The position numbers and the translations under genes are program-made. Below, piece by piece: positions 1-9,126 of a stretch of 64,000 nucleotides of DNA (position 1 is its first letter; each line of letters begins with the position of its first letter). The notes below the pieces were generated by a model that made no database searches, was not told the DNA's origin, and saw nothing but the letters and a program-made list of their open reading frames with translations. The DNA is from Bryobacterales bacterium (GTDB lineage: Bacteria; Acidobacteriota; Terriglobia; Bryobacterales; UBA6623). The stretch spans positions 3,488,001 to 3,552,000 of the forward strand of contig OY729428.2 in NCBI GenBank assembly GCA_963422375.2, in the 5' to 3' direction.

Positions 1-520
1 CGAGCAGGCGGGCTGCCGCGCCCTGTGCCTGACGCTGGGCGACAGCCGGGGCGATGCGGGCCCTCGGCGCTACGGATGGGACAAGATCGAACAGCTCCGG
101 GACTCGACCGGGCTGCCTCTGGTACTGAAAGGCATCATGCATCCGGCCGATGCGTCATCGGCTGTCGAGCGGGGTGTCGCTGCGATTGTCGTGTCAACGC
201 ACGGCGCGGGCCGCGCTAGCGGGGCGAGCGAGCCGCTAGCGGCGCTTCCGGCCGTGACGGAAGAAATCGCGGGACGCATTCCGGTTCTCTTGGACGGCGG
301 CATCCGTCGTGGCAGCGACGTGCTGAAGGCGCTGGCACTCGGCGCGACGGCGGCGTTGGTCTGCCGCCCCGCGCTCTGGGGTCTGGCCGCCTACGGCGTC
401 GCGGGCGTGCAAAAGGTAGTCGAAATGTTACAGACCGAGCTGGCCCGAGACATGGCCCAGCTCGGCACCGCTAGCCTCCGTGCCATCCGGAGGGAGCACA
501 TCCGGATCCACCGTCGCTAG
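1..520 (+). CDS. FMN-dependent alpha-hydroxy acid oxidase family protein, C-terminal part (5' truncated by window)
   Basis: Frame is open from base 2 (EQAGCRALCLT...LPLVLKGIMHPADA). Motifs LVLKGI, VSTHGAGR (SNHGGR-like), LDGGIRRGSDVLKALALGA and RPALWGLA. Confidence 0.85.
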   Translation, partial: EQAGCRALCLTLGDSRGDAGPRRYGWDKIEQLRDSTGLPLVLKGIMHPADASSAVERGVAAIVVSTHGAGRASGASEPLAALPAVTEEIAGRIPVLLDGGIRRGSDVLKALALGATAALVCRPALWGLAAYGVAGVQKVVEMLQTELARDMAQLGTASLRAIRREHIRIHRR

Positions 521-661
521 CGTCGGCTTCCTCAAGCCCGGCGGCCTTGACGAGCGACGCACGAGAATTCGAGCTGGATCGCAGTGGGTCAACCGACGCC
601 GCCAGGGCCGGTCTCGGCTCGTCCTTGGTCGCTCCCGTCGAATTCAACGCGCCTAGGAAGA

Positions 662-1363
662 CTACCCAGCTACCGAACGAGCAATCGTCGCGCCGGGTGG
701 CCACGGTCCCGGGCCGGCATCGGATTGGGCCTTCGCTGCGCTCCGTTGGCTGTTGTTATCGTACGTGTCCCATGTAATCTCGTAATCCTCGGCTTGGTTG
801 CCCCAGCCCACCCAATTCTTGCGAGTGCTTCGTGCGAACAACTCGATGAACGGTCCTCGGCTGCAGCTTTCGATCAGATCGTACAGTTCGTCCGGTTTGC
901 GGCTGTGCTCGCGTTTCCTCGAGGCGATCATGTTGACCTGCCTCCTGCCGGGGGCGAGCGTCCGTGCATTCTTGCCCCGGACGCCGAACAGGACGAGCTC
1001 GGTCACGTTGCGAAAATAGAACCCGACACCCCGCCCGTCGGACCCGCCATCTCTTCGGACCTTGTGCCAGACGATGTTCGCCTTGTACTGAAAGCCCCAC
1101 GCGGTCAGGACGCGCAACCCGTCGGGCAGCAGCGCGTTAGGCACCCACAGATAGAGGTGCGCGGGCTCAGAGACGACCCGAGCGACGGGAAGTTCCATTA
1201 TCTCGCCAAGTCCCATGGTGGCGTACCGGCTCAGCCGACGGTGCTCGGGGGCCACCTTTCCGGTTCGGTTTGCAAACCGCCAAGGCGGGTCCGCCAGAAC
1301 AGTACGGAACCTAGTTCCATTCGCTAGGGACAGCAAGTCCTGTCCCGGGTCGGTCGCATCCAT
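662..1363 (-). CDS. MT-A70 family N6-adenine methyltransferase
   Basis: LADPPW catalytic motif, HLYLWVPN, REHSRKPDE and IELFAR are typical MT-A70 blocks. Start is ATG 1363 or TTG 1375. Confidence 0.9.
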   Translation of the reverse strand: MDATDPGQDLLSLANGTRFRTVLADPPWRFANRTGKVAPEHRRLSRYATMGLGEIMELPVARVVSEPAHLYLWVPNALLPDGLRVLTAWGFQYKANIVWHKVRRDGGSDGRGVGFYFRNVTELVLFGVRGKNARTLAPGRRQVNMIASRKREHSRKPDELYDLIESCSRGPFIELFARSTRKNWVGWGNQAEDYEITWDTYDNNSQRSAAKAQSDAGPGPWPPGATIARSVAG

Positions 1364-1710
1364 GCTTCGAACCAATACCTTAGCATGTCCGCACGCACGG
1401 CACCTAGTCCGGTCGCCGAGCCAGCGATGACTGGATGACGTAGTTCAGTTGCGACTCGAACCAACGTGCTTCGGCATCTCCCCGCTCTCCAAGTGTCAGT
1501 CGATCCTGAGGAAAATTCGGGATCCCTAGCTACGTACCATACTGGAGACCCCAATACATCGGCCATTGACATGTTTGTATAATAGACGAAGTACATAGGA
1601 GTGAACTTCAATTCAACAGTAGAATACTATCTTTGTATTGGTGCTAGGTTTCGATTGGAATCTTTCTGATGACTCGATTGAGATTCTCTGATGGTCCAAG
1701 AGGATCGATC

Positions 1711-3161
1711 CGCCCATTCAACTCCGAAGTGCGACACGCGGGTAAGGGGCGGTGGGCTGGGATACTAGGACCACAGTAGCAGATCCAGCGGCGCCGGACA
1801 AGCCGCTGCCGGGCCGAAGCGGGGGGCCGCGTCCCGGGCAGGCGGGCATGCGTGCCCCGTTTCCGGAACGGGGACCCTCCGGGCCTTGCGCAGGGAGCGG
1901 AGCGACCGCAGCAAGGCCCGGAGGGTCGAATCCGCGCCTGTCCGGGCGCAGCTCCCCCGCGCCTCTGTCCCCGCGGCGGGCTGCCAGCCCTGCCTCAGCC
2001 CCGCGGCACCCGCTCCCGCTCCGCCGGGAAGACTTCCTCCGGCGTGCGCCCGCCCGGCACCTTCCGCGGACGCCGGTTCAGGCGGTCCCGCGCCTCCCGC
2101 ACCCGGGCCGGGTCCACCCGCCGCAGGTCCGTCCCCTGCGGGAAGTACTGCCGCGGCAGCCCGTTGGCATGCTCGTTCAGCCCGCGCTCCCAGGAGTGGC
2201 AGGGCCGCGCGAAGTAGAAGCCCGCCCCCAGCCGCTGCGCCACCTCCCGGTGCCTCCCGGTGCCCCGCGAACTCCTTGCCGCGAACTCCTTGCCGTTGTC
2301 GGCCGTGAGCGTGTGCGTCACGGCCCCGCTCCCTGCGAGCATGGCCGTCATCGCCGCCCCGACCAGCTGCGCCGTGCGCCGGCTAACCGGCTGCACTAGC
2401 AGGTACTTAGAGAACCGATCCACCAGCGTCACCAGCGCCCCGCGGCGCTGCCCGCCGATCACGCTGTCGGCCTCCCGGTCGCCGACGCGCGCCTGCGCTC
2501 GCGCCTCCGCCGGGCGCTCCGCGATGTCCGCGCGCCCCGGGATCAGGCCGCGGCCCGCCGTCCGGCCGACCCGCCGGACGCGCTTGCGGCCGCCCTGCCT
2601 CGGGTGCCGGTACAGCCGGCCCCCCTGCCGCCGCTCCGCGCGCACCCGCTGGTAGATCCGTTCGGGGCTGATCTCCAGCGCCCCTTCCCGCTTCAGCCGC
2701 GCCGCGACCTGCTCCGGGCTCCTGCTCCGGGCTCCAGTCCTGCCGCAGGCAGTCCTCGCTCCGCGTCCGCAGCGCCGACGTCAGCTGGCGCGGCCGGCAC
2801 GACGCCGCGCGCCGCCGCCGCTCCGCGCGCTCCTGCGCGCTCCCCAAGCTGTAGCTCGCCGCGCGCTCGCCCTCCGCCGGTCGGCCGTTGCGGCCCACTT
2901 CCCGGTAGATCGTGGCCCGCTTGCGGCCCGGCTGCCCGGCGATCCTGTCCGCTCCCCAGCCCGCCCAGCCCGCGGCCCGCAGCGTCTCGCTCCGGCAGCG
3001 CTCCTCCTGCGTCACGTGCGTGTAGCTCTTCCGCATCTGCCTCCCTGCTCCTTCCAGCACCTACCAGCCTACTGCCGCGACACCACCGCTCGCTGCCCCC
3101 CCTCTCCCCTCCCTGCCATCTTGTGGCTCGGCGCCTGTCGCACTTCGGAGTTGAATGGGCG
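1711..3161 (-). mobile_element. IS30-family insertion sequence (degenerate)
   Basis: Perfect 26-bp terminal inverted repeats at 1711-1736 (cgcccattcaactccgaagtgcgaca) and 3136-3161. GC-rich element set in AT-rich flanks; cgatcc occurs at both junctions. Confidence 0.9.
1995..3036 (-). pseudogene. IS30-family transposase, frameshifted
   Basis: N-terminal HTH (YTHVTQEER...IAGQPGRKRATIYREVGRN, WSPEQ) in one frame and DDE core (GDREADSV, TADNGKEFA, SWERGLNEHANG) in another. The shift is caused by a 13-bp tandem duplication at 2708-2733. Confidence 0.88.
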
Positions 3162-3523
3162 CGATCCAGCATGAATTGGATTGTCATCTACGCGTGCATG
3201 AGGTACGGATGAATCTCAATCAACCGAACTATAGTGTGGACAGAATCTCTAATAGGATTCTTGTTGTGAGATTTGTGAATCTGCCTTTCTCTCTCGAAAT
3301 CCATGGAAATGATCCACAGATAATCTGCCTTCTTGTGCAAGACTCATGACGGAATTTGTATCGAATTCACTGTTGACCGATCATTCAATTTCGCGTTAGA
3401 AAATCAAGAATCAATATTCCAAAACACGAGATCGCAAAGATTTCTCTTTCGTCATCAGGGCGGAAAGGGACTCGAAATCCTTCGCAATCAGATGTCCTGC
3501 CGCCGCGCCTCGGCGTGTCGACG

Positions 3524-4957
3524 CTACTTCGCGTCCGGGTTCGGAACCGGATCCTGCGCTCCGACCGCGGCGCGCCATGCGTCCAGCGCGCCGAGCAGCT
3601 CTTCGGCCTTTTCGGGAAGTTCGCCGGCGAGGTCACTCGCCTCGCCTACGTCCTCGGCTAGGTTGTACAGCTCGACGCGGCCGTCCTCGTAGAAATGCAC
3701 GAGGCGCCAGTCCCCCTGCCGGATCGCCGAGTACGGGGTGGCCCCGCCCGGGTGGTAGTGCGGATAGTGCCAGTAGAGCGCGTCGCGATCCGGCACGGCG
3801 CTCGGGTCGCGCAAGTGAGCGGCCAAGCTCACGCCGTCCACCAGCTGGTTGTGCTCGACTTCCCCGGGGGCATCGGCGATTTCCAGGACCGTCGGATAGA
3901 TATCCATCGTGATCACCGGCACCTCGCTGACCGTGCCCGCTGTCGTGACACCGGGCCAGTAGTAGATCGTCGGGGTGCGCACGCCGCCCTCGTAGGGCGA
4001 TCCCTTTCCGGCCCGCAGCGGGGCGTTCTCCGTCGGGTTGCCCATTCGGCCGTCCCGGCCCTTGCGATCGAGCCCGCCGTTATCGCCGGTCAGAACGATC
4101 ACGGTCTCGTCCGCGATCCCCAGTTCTCCCAGCTTGGCGCGGACGCGCCCGACGCTGCGGTCCAAGGCCGCCAGCATGCCCGCGTAGGCCGGGTTGCGAT
4201 GGCGCTTCGCCGGATCGACCCGGCCCTCGAATCGCGCGAGGTCCTCGGGCTTGGCCTGGATGGGAGTGTGGACCGTGTAGAACGGGAAGTAGAGCAGGAA
4301 CGGCTCCTCGCGATAGCTCTCGAGGATGCCCAGCGCCTCGTCAGTCAGCCTGTCGGTCAGGTAGTCCCCCTCGGCCCCGCCCTCGGGCAGGGGGTACACG
4401 CGCCGCCCGGCTCGCTCGTACGGATGGAAGTAGCTGCCGGGCGCCCCCCATTCGTTGCCCGCCACGTTGATCTCGAAGCCGTGCCGGTCGGGAGCGAATT
4501 CGAGCATCTCGTCGGAGTCCAGCCGCGGCATGAGGTGCCACTTCCCCACGTGGGCGGTCCGGTATCCCTCGGCCCCGAGTGCCTCGGCCAGGGTCGTGTA
4601 GCGATGCTCGAGCCGCATGGTCCACTCCGGCGGCCGCAGCTTCGCGTCGGGCCGGCGGTGGCCCGGAATCCAATCCGTGACGTTCGTCCGCCCGGGGTAG
4701 AGCCCGGTGAGCAGGGCCGCCCGCGTGGGCGAGCACACGGTGCAGGCGGCGTAGCCGTGGGTGAACCGCACGCCGTCGGCCGCCAGCCGGTCGATATTGG
4801 GCGTCTCGAAAAAGTCGCTCCCGTAGCAGGCGAAATCCGTCCAGCCCAAGTCGTCGACCAGGAAGATCAGGAAGTTCGGCCGCTCGGGGGCGCCCTCCGG
4901 CGCGACGGCGCAACCTGCCAGCAGTAGGGCGGCGGCGAGTCCGTGCAGGATTCTCAT
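3524..4957 (-). CDS. Sulfatase (formylglycine-dependent, Cys type), probable lipoprotein
   Basis: PNFLIFLVDDLG, CSPTRAALLTG, GKWHL, GDNGG, YEGGVR and ELYNL motifs; N-terminal LLLAGC lipobox. Confidence 0.95.
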   Translation of the reverse strand: MRILHGLAAALLLAGCAVAPEGAPERPNFLIFLVDDLGWTDFACYGSDFFETPNIDRLAADGVRFTHGYAACTVCSPTRAALLTGLYPGRTNVTDWIPGHRRPDAKLRPPEWTMRLEHRYTTLAEALGAEGYRTAHVGKWHLMPRLDSDEMLEFAPDRHGFEINVAGNEWGAPGSYFHPYERAGRRVYPLPEGGAEGDYLTDRLTDEALGILESYREEPFLLYFPFYTVHTPIQAKPEDLARFEGRVDPAKRHRNPAYAGMLAALDRSVGRVRAKLGELGIADETVIVLTGDNGGLDRKGRDGRMGNPTENAPLRAGKGSPYEGGVRTPTIYYWPGVTTAGTVSEVPVITMDIYPTVLEIADAPGEVEHNQLVDGVSLAAHLRDPSAVPDRDALYWHYPHYHPGGATPYSAIRQGDWRLVHFYEDGRVELYNLAEDVGEASDLAGELPEKAEELLGALDAWRAAVGAQDPVPNPDAK

Positions 4958-5043
4958 GGCACGATTCTACCGTCGCGACGCCGCGTCTTTGCGACAATAC
5001 GAAGCAGGAGAATTTGGCGGACACTCGGCCGCCCGTCCCGGCG

Positions 5044-5745
5044 ATGCGCTTCCTTTCCCGCAGGACTCTCGCTGCCGGTGCCGCAGCCGCGGGGATCTCG
5101 GCCGTCGCCGCAGCCGCGTCGGTCTGGATGGTCAGCGTTCACGTCGATGACATCGCGAGCACGCGCCTCTACGACGACATCGCGAGCCTGCCGCGGAGGG
5201 AGGTCGCCTTGGTACTCGGCACGTCGCCCAACGCAAGAGGCGGAGCGGACAACGCCTTCTACGAGGCTCGGATCGACGCCGCTGCCGAACTGTTCCACAG
5301 CGGCAAGGTAGGGCACATCATCGTGAGCGGGTCCAATCCCAGCCGCTACTACAACGAGCCGTTCGTCATGAAGCGCGACCTCGTCCAGCGCGCCATCCCG
5401 GCCGGTTCGATCACCGAGGACCAGGCCGGTTTCCGCACGTTCGACTCAATCGTGCGCGCGGACAAGGTCATGGGCCAGCGCTCCTTCACGGTCGTCACGC
5501 AGCGCTCCCATGCGGCCCGCGCCCTATACCTAGCCATGCACTTCGATCTGGACGCGGTAGCTTACTGCGCCAAGGATCCGACGGGCGCGCCGACGTACAC
5601 GGCGCAGCTGCGCGAACTGGGCGCACGCTTCAAGGCGCTGCTGGACGTCAACGTGCTCGACACGCAGCCCCGCTTCCTCGGCGAACCGGTCGAGATCAGG
5701 CTGCGGCCTTCGGAGCGTCAGGGACCCGTCGGCGCGCTGGACTGA
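5044..5745 (+). CDS. sanA: SanA/YdcF (DUF218) family protein
   Basis: ALVLGTS...N.FYEARIDAAAELF, IIVSG, YNEP..MK, D.AGFRTFDSIVRA, VTQ..H..RALY and RE..AR.KA.LD; N-terminal hydrophobic anchor. Confidence 0.85.
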   Translation: MRFLSRRTLAAGAAAAGISAVAAAASVWMVSVHVDDIASTRLYDDIASLPRREVALVLGTSPNARGGADNAFYEARIDAAAELFHSGKVGHIIVSGSNPSRYYNEPFVMKRDLVQRAIPAGSITEDQAGFRTFDSIVRADKVMGQRSFTVVTQRSHAARALYLAMHFDLDAVAYCAKDPTGAPTYTAQLRELGARFKALLDVNVLDTQPRFLGEPVEIRLRPSERQGPVGALD

Positions 5746-5760
5746 CCCCTCGCGCCGGGG

Positions 5761-8544
5761 TCAGGGCGCGGCGAATTCGGACAGCCAGTTCAGCACGATG
5801 CGGATGCCCGGGTGCGACGGGCCACTCACCCACTCCGCGATCACGAAGCGGTCGCCGGGCCCGACGTCGTAGGTCGCGAATCGCCGTGGACCACTCAGCC
5901 TCTCGTGCGAGAAGAGCCGGAGCGGGTCTTCCATGCGAAAGCCTTCCTGCGTTCCAACCGGCACGGCGAACAGCGTATCGTCCCGGACGAAGTACAGAGC
6001 CCGGCCGTCGCTCCCCCAGCGGGCGAGCCGCCCGCCCTCGGTCGACACCTGCCAGTGCCGGTCGCCGGCCGGGAACGGCCTGACGTAGATGTTGAACTCC
6101 CCGGACTCGTTGCTCTCGTAGGCGACATACCTGCCGTTCGGCGAAAAGGCCGCGTTATCGACCGTGAAGGGGCCCTCCGGGAGGAAGTCCCCCATTTCCC
6201 AGTCCTCTCCGACCCGCTCCAGGTACGCGATCCGAGGGGACGCCCCCGGGACGACCCGCCTGCCCGGCCCGCTTCCGGCCGAGTCGGACGAGCTCCTGTC
6301 CCCCGAGCGGCGGCGCATCTGCACCAGAATATAGCGGCCGTCCCGCGACCAATCCAGAGGCTTGACCGCGCCGCCCGGCCCGGGGTACAGGGACCGCGCC
6401 GGGCTGTTCTCGTCGACGTCAACGACCGCGACCCCCGGCGTGCCGCGGTGCGAGAACGCGACCTGGCGGCCATCCGGCGACCAGACCGCGCCCGGCTCGA
6501 CCCGGTCGTCGAACGTCCGCCGCCTGATCACTTCGCGGCTCGACTCGTGCAGCCACAGTTCGACGGCACTCCCGCTGACTCCCGCGACGATTACCCGGTC
6601 GCCGGACGGCGACACGCGCGGCCCCAGAATCCGCGGCTGGGGGCGTCCCGCCGCCCCGAGCCGCCCGCCCCGACGGTCAAACCAGGAGAGGCGCATCTGC
6701 AGCGTCTCGGGAGTGTCGATGTACACCAGCGTGCCGTCCCTCGAGACCGACGGTTCCGTCGCGTCCCGAGCGATCACGAACGGCTCGCCCAAGGGCTCCA
6801 GGCCGTCCGGCGAGAACGGGAGCGCCGACAGCGCCGGCGTGAGGGCCGAGGGCTGGTACACAATGTGGCCGGACTCGGAGTAGACCGGGTCCGTGCCCTC
6901 GACCACGCGGACAGCGTCACCCGCCGCTTCGCTCGCCAAGCGGCGGGCCATGACGAAGTCTCCGTCGACGGTCCGCTCGGAATAGAGCAGCACCTGCTCG
7001 CCGTCGCTCGCGCCCACCAAGGCGAGGCTAGTGACGCTCGAACGGCGTCGCTGGGATCCCTCGAAGACGGGCTTGGGAATGCCTCCCAGCGCCGACACCG
7101 ACATCAGGGGCGCGCCCACGCGGCTGAAGACGATGGACTTCCCGTCGGGTGTCCAGGCTGCGCTGACGTGGCCAATGCCGGAATCCTCGACCAGCATCGT
7201 CGCCACCAAGCCCTCCACGGACACCCTGCCGATGCCTTGGCCGGTCACGAAGCCCACGAAACGGCTGTCGGGCGACCAGAAGACCTCCCGCGCCCCATCG
7301 GTCCCGTCGACGCGAAGGAGTTCGAGCCGGTCGAGCGGCTGCAGCCACAGGCTCCCTCCCGATCCGGTGGTGCTGAAGGCAATGAATCGCCCGTTCGGGG
7401 AGATCGCGAGCGACCCTATGCGGCGATCCGACATGCCGGCCTCGATCGGGCGCAGGGTGAAGCGTCGCAGCTGGCCGGGCCGGGCGCCGCCCCCGGTCGG
7501 AACCGCCAGGCCGGCGACGAAGGCGAGACCCACCGCGAACGCGAGACCGAGGCGCACCATCCAGCGGCGGGGCGCCACCGGGCCGCGCGCCGTAGCGGCC
7601 GGCGCCGGCGTCTCGGGCTTGCGGGCCGATGCGGAAAGGCTCCCCCCGGAAGGGACGGAGGGACGGTCCGCTTCCTCGCCTTCCCCGTCGATGAGCTGCA
7701 CGGACGTGCGCCCGCTCGCCGATCGGCGCTGCAGCAACTCGAGGTCGGCCACGAGCTCGCCGGCTTCCCGGTAGCGGTCCGCGGGCGACTTCGCAAGGCA
7801 TTTCTCGATGATCCACTCGAGCTCCATCGGCACCCGCGAGCGGAGCGAGGTGAGCGGGGCCGGAGCCTCGTTCAGGATCGAATACAGCACTGCCTGGTCG
7901 TAATGGCCCCGGAACGGCGGGTCGCCCGCCACCATTTCGTACGTCACCACGCCGAGCGACCACAGGTCGCTGCGGGGGCCGACATCCTCGCCCAGCGACT
8001 GCTCAGGAGACATGTAGGCGACCGTGCCCATGCGAGCGTCCGCCCGGGTCAGCTTGGACGCGCCCGAGATCTTGGCCAGGCCGAAGTCCATCAGCTTCAC
8101 GACGGGCCGCCCCGAGCCGTCCTGGCCGAGCATGATGTTGGACGGCTTGATGTCGCGATGCACGACGCCTGCCGCGTGGGCGGCCGCCAGGCCCTCCGCG
8201 GCCTGCCGGGCGATCTCGTAGGCTAGGTCCAGCGGCAGCGGCCCGCGCTGAATCCGCCGGTCGAGGGACTCGCCCTCCAGGTAGGCCATGGCGAGGAACG
8301 TCTCGCCGTCCTGCTCGTCGATCTCGTACACCGTGCAGATGTTGGGATGGTCGAGCGACGCGGCCGCCTGGGCTTCGCGCAGGAAGCGTTCGGCGTCGAC
8401 CCCAACGCCGGTGACTTCCTTGGAGAGGAATTTCAGCGCGACAGCGCGCTTGAGCCTCGTGTCCTCGGCCTTGTAGACGACTCCCATGCCGCCCTCACCG
8501 AGCGGCTCGAGAATCCGGTAGCGGGAGATTCGCCGGTCTCTCAT
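5761..8544 (-). CDS. Hanks-type Ser/Thr kinase with TM segment and TolB-like (PD40) beta-propeller
   Basis: GEGGMGVVY, VALKFL, HRDIKPSN, DFGLA and YMSPEQ; hydrophobic segment; repeated SPxGR/WSPDG propeller blades. Confidence 0.93.
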   Translation of the reverse strand: MRDRRISRYRILEPLGEGGMGVVYKAEDTRLKRAVALKFLSKEVTGVGVDAERFLREAQAAASLDHPNICTVYEIDEQDGETFLAMAYLEGESLDRRIQRGPLPLDLAYEIARQAAEGLAAAHAAGVVHRDIKPSNIMLGQDGSGRPVVKLMDFGLAKISGASKLTRADARMGTVAYMSPEQSLGEDVGPRSDLWSLGVVTYEMVAGDPPFRGHYDQAVLYSILNEAPAPLTSLRSRVPMELEWIIEKCLAKSPADRYREAGELVADLELLQRRSASGRTSVQLIDGEGEEADRPSVPSGGSLSASARKPETPAPAATARGPVAPRRWMVRLGLAFAVGLAFVAGLAVPTGGGARPGQLRRFTLRPIEAGMSDRRIGSLAISPNGRFIAFSTTGSGGSLWLQPLDRLELLRVDGTDGAREVFWSPDSRFVGFVTGQGIGRVSVEGLVATMLVEDSGIGHVSAAWTPDGKSIVFSRVGAPLMSVSALGGIPKPVFEGSQRRRSSVTSLALVGASDGEQVLLYSERTVDGDFVMARRLASEAAGDAVRVVEGTDPVYSESGHIVYQPSALTPALSALPFSPDGLEPLGEPFVIARDATEPSVSRDGTLVYIDTPETLQMRLSWFDRRGGRLGAAGRPQPRILGPRVSPSGDRVIVAGVSGSAVELWLHESSREVIRRRTFDDRVEPGAVWSPDGRQVAFSHRGTPGVAVVDVDENSPARSLYPGPGGAVKPLDWSRDGRYILVQMRRRSGDRSSSDSAGSGPGRRVVPGASPRIAYLERVGEDWEMGDFLPEGPFTVDNAAFSPNGRYVAYESNESGEFNIYVRPFPAGDRHWQVSTEGGRLARWGSDGRALYFVRDDTLFAVPVGTQEGFRMEDPLRLFSHERLSGPRRFATYDVGPGDRFVIAEWVSGPSHPGIRIVLNWLSEFAAP

Positions 8545-8644
8545 GCCGCGACGGGCCTCAACTCATTCTGGCGCGTGGGCCGCGAGCCGCGTTACGCTGG
8601 ACGGCATCCCGGCAGCGAGGAGGGCGGGCGGCGACAATGAATCC

Positions 8645-9045
8645 ATGGCCGCGCTCAAGACGAAGCCCACCGAGGCGAGCCCGCAGACCTTCATCGACGC
8701 GATCACGGACCGCGCGCGCCGCGCGGACTGCCTCGCCCTCTTCGAAACGATGCGCCGGACCGCCGGGGAAACGCGCATGTGGGGCAGCAGCATCGTCGGG
8801 TTCGGGTCGTACGACTACCGGTACCCGAGCGGGCGGACCGGCACGTGGTTCCGCACGGGATTCTCGCCGCGCAAGCGCGCCTGACAGTCTACCTCATGCT
8901 GGATCTCGACTCCCAGGCGGACCGGCTGGCATCCTTAGGCGACCACCGGCGCGGTCGCGGCTGCCTGTACATCAAGAGGCTGTCCGACATCGACATGGGC
9001 GTGCTGGAGGACCTGATACGGGCGTCGTGCGGCGGTTCCAGGTAG
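8645..9045 (+). pseudogene. DUF1801 (YdhG-like) protein with a single frameshift near 8880
   Basis: MWGSSIVGFGSYDY...GFSPRK in one frame continues as LTVYL...LG.H..G.GCLYIKRLSDID in the next. One base is missing at about 8878-8881 (real mutation or sequencing error). Confidence 0.8.
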
Positions 9046-9126
9046 TCGCGGCCATGCGGCCAGCTCCGCAGGACCTGCCTCCTGCCGTCGCGAGATCGGC
9101 GGGCAGTCCGCCAGCGAGGTCCTTCG

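Noticed and set aside
1400..3490. Restriction endonuclease gene split by the IS30
   Set aside because: The frames I translated in the AT-rich flanks are short and show no recognisable nuclease motif.
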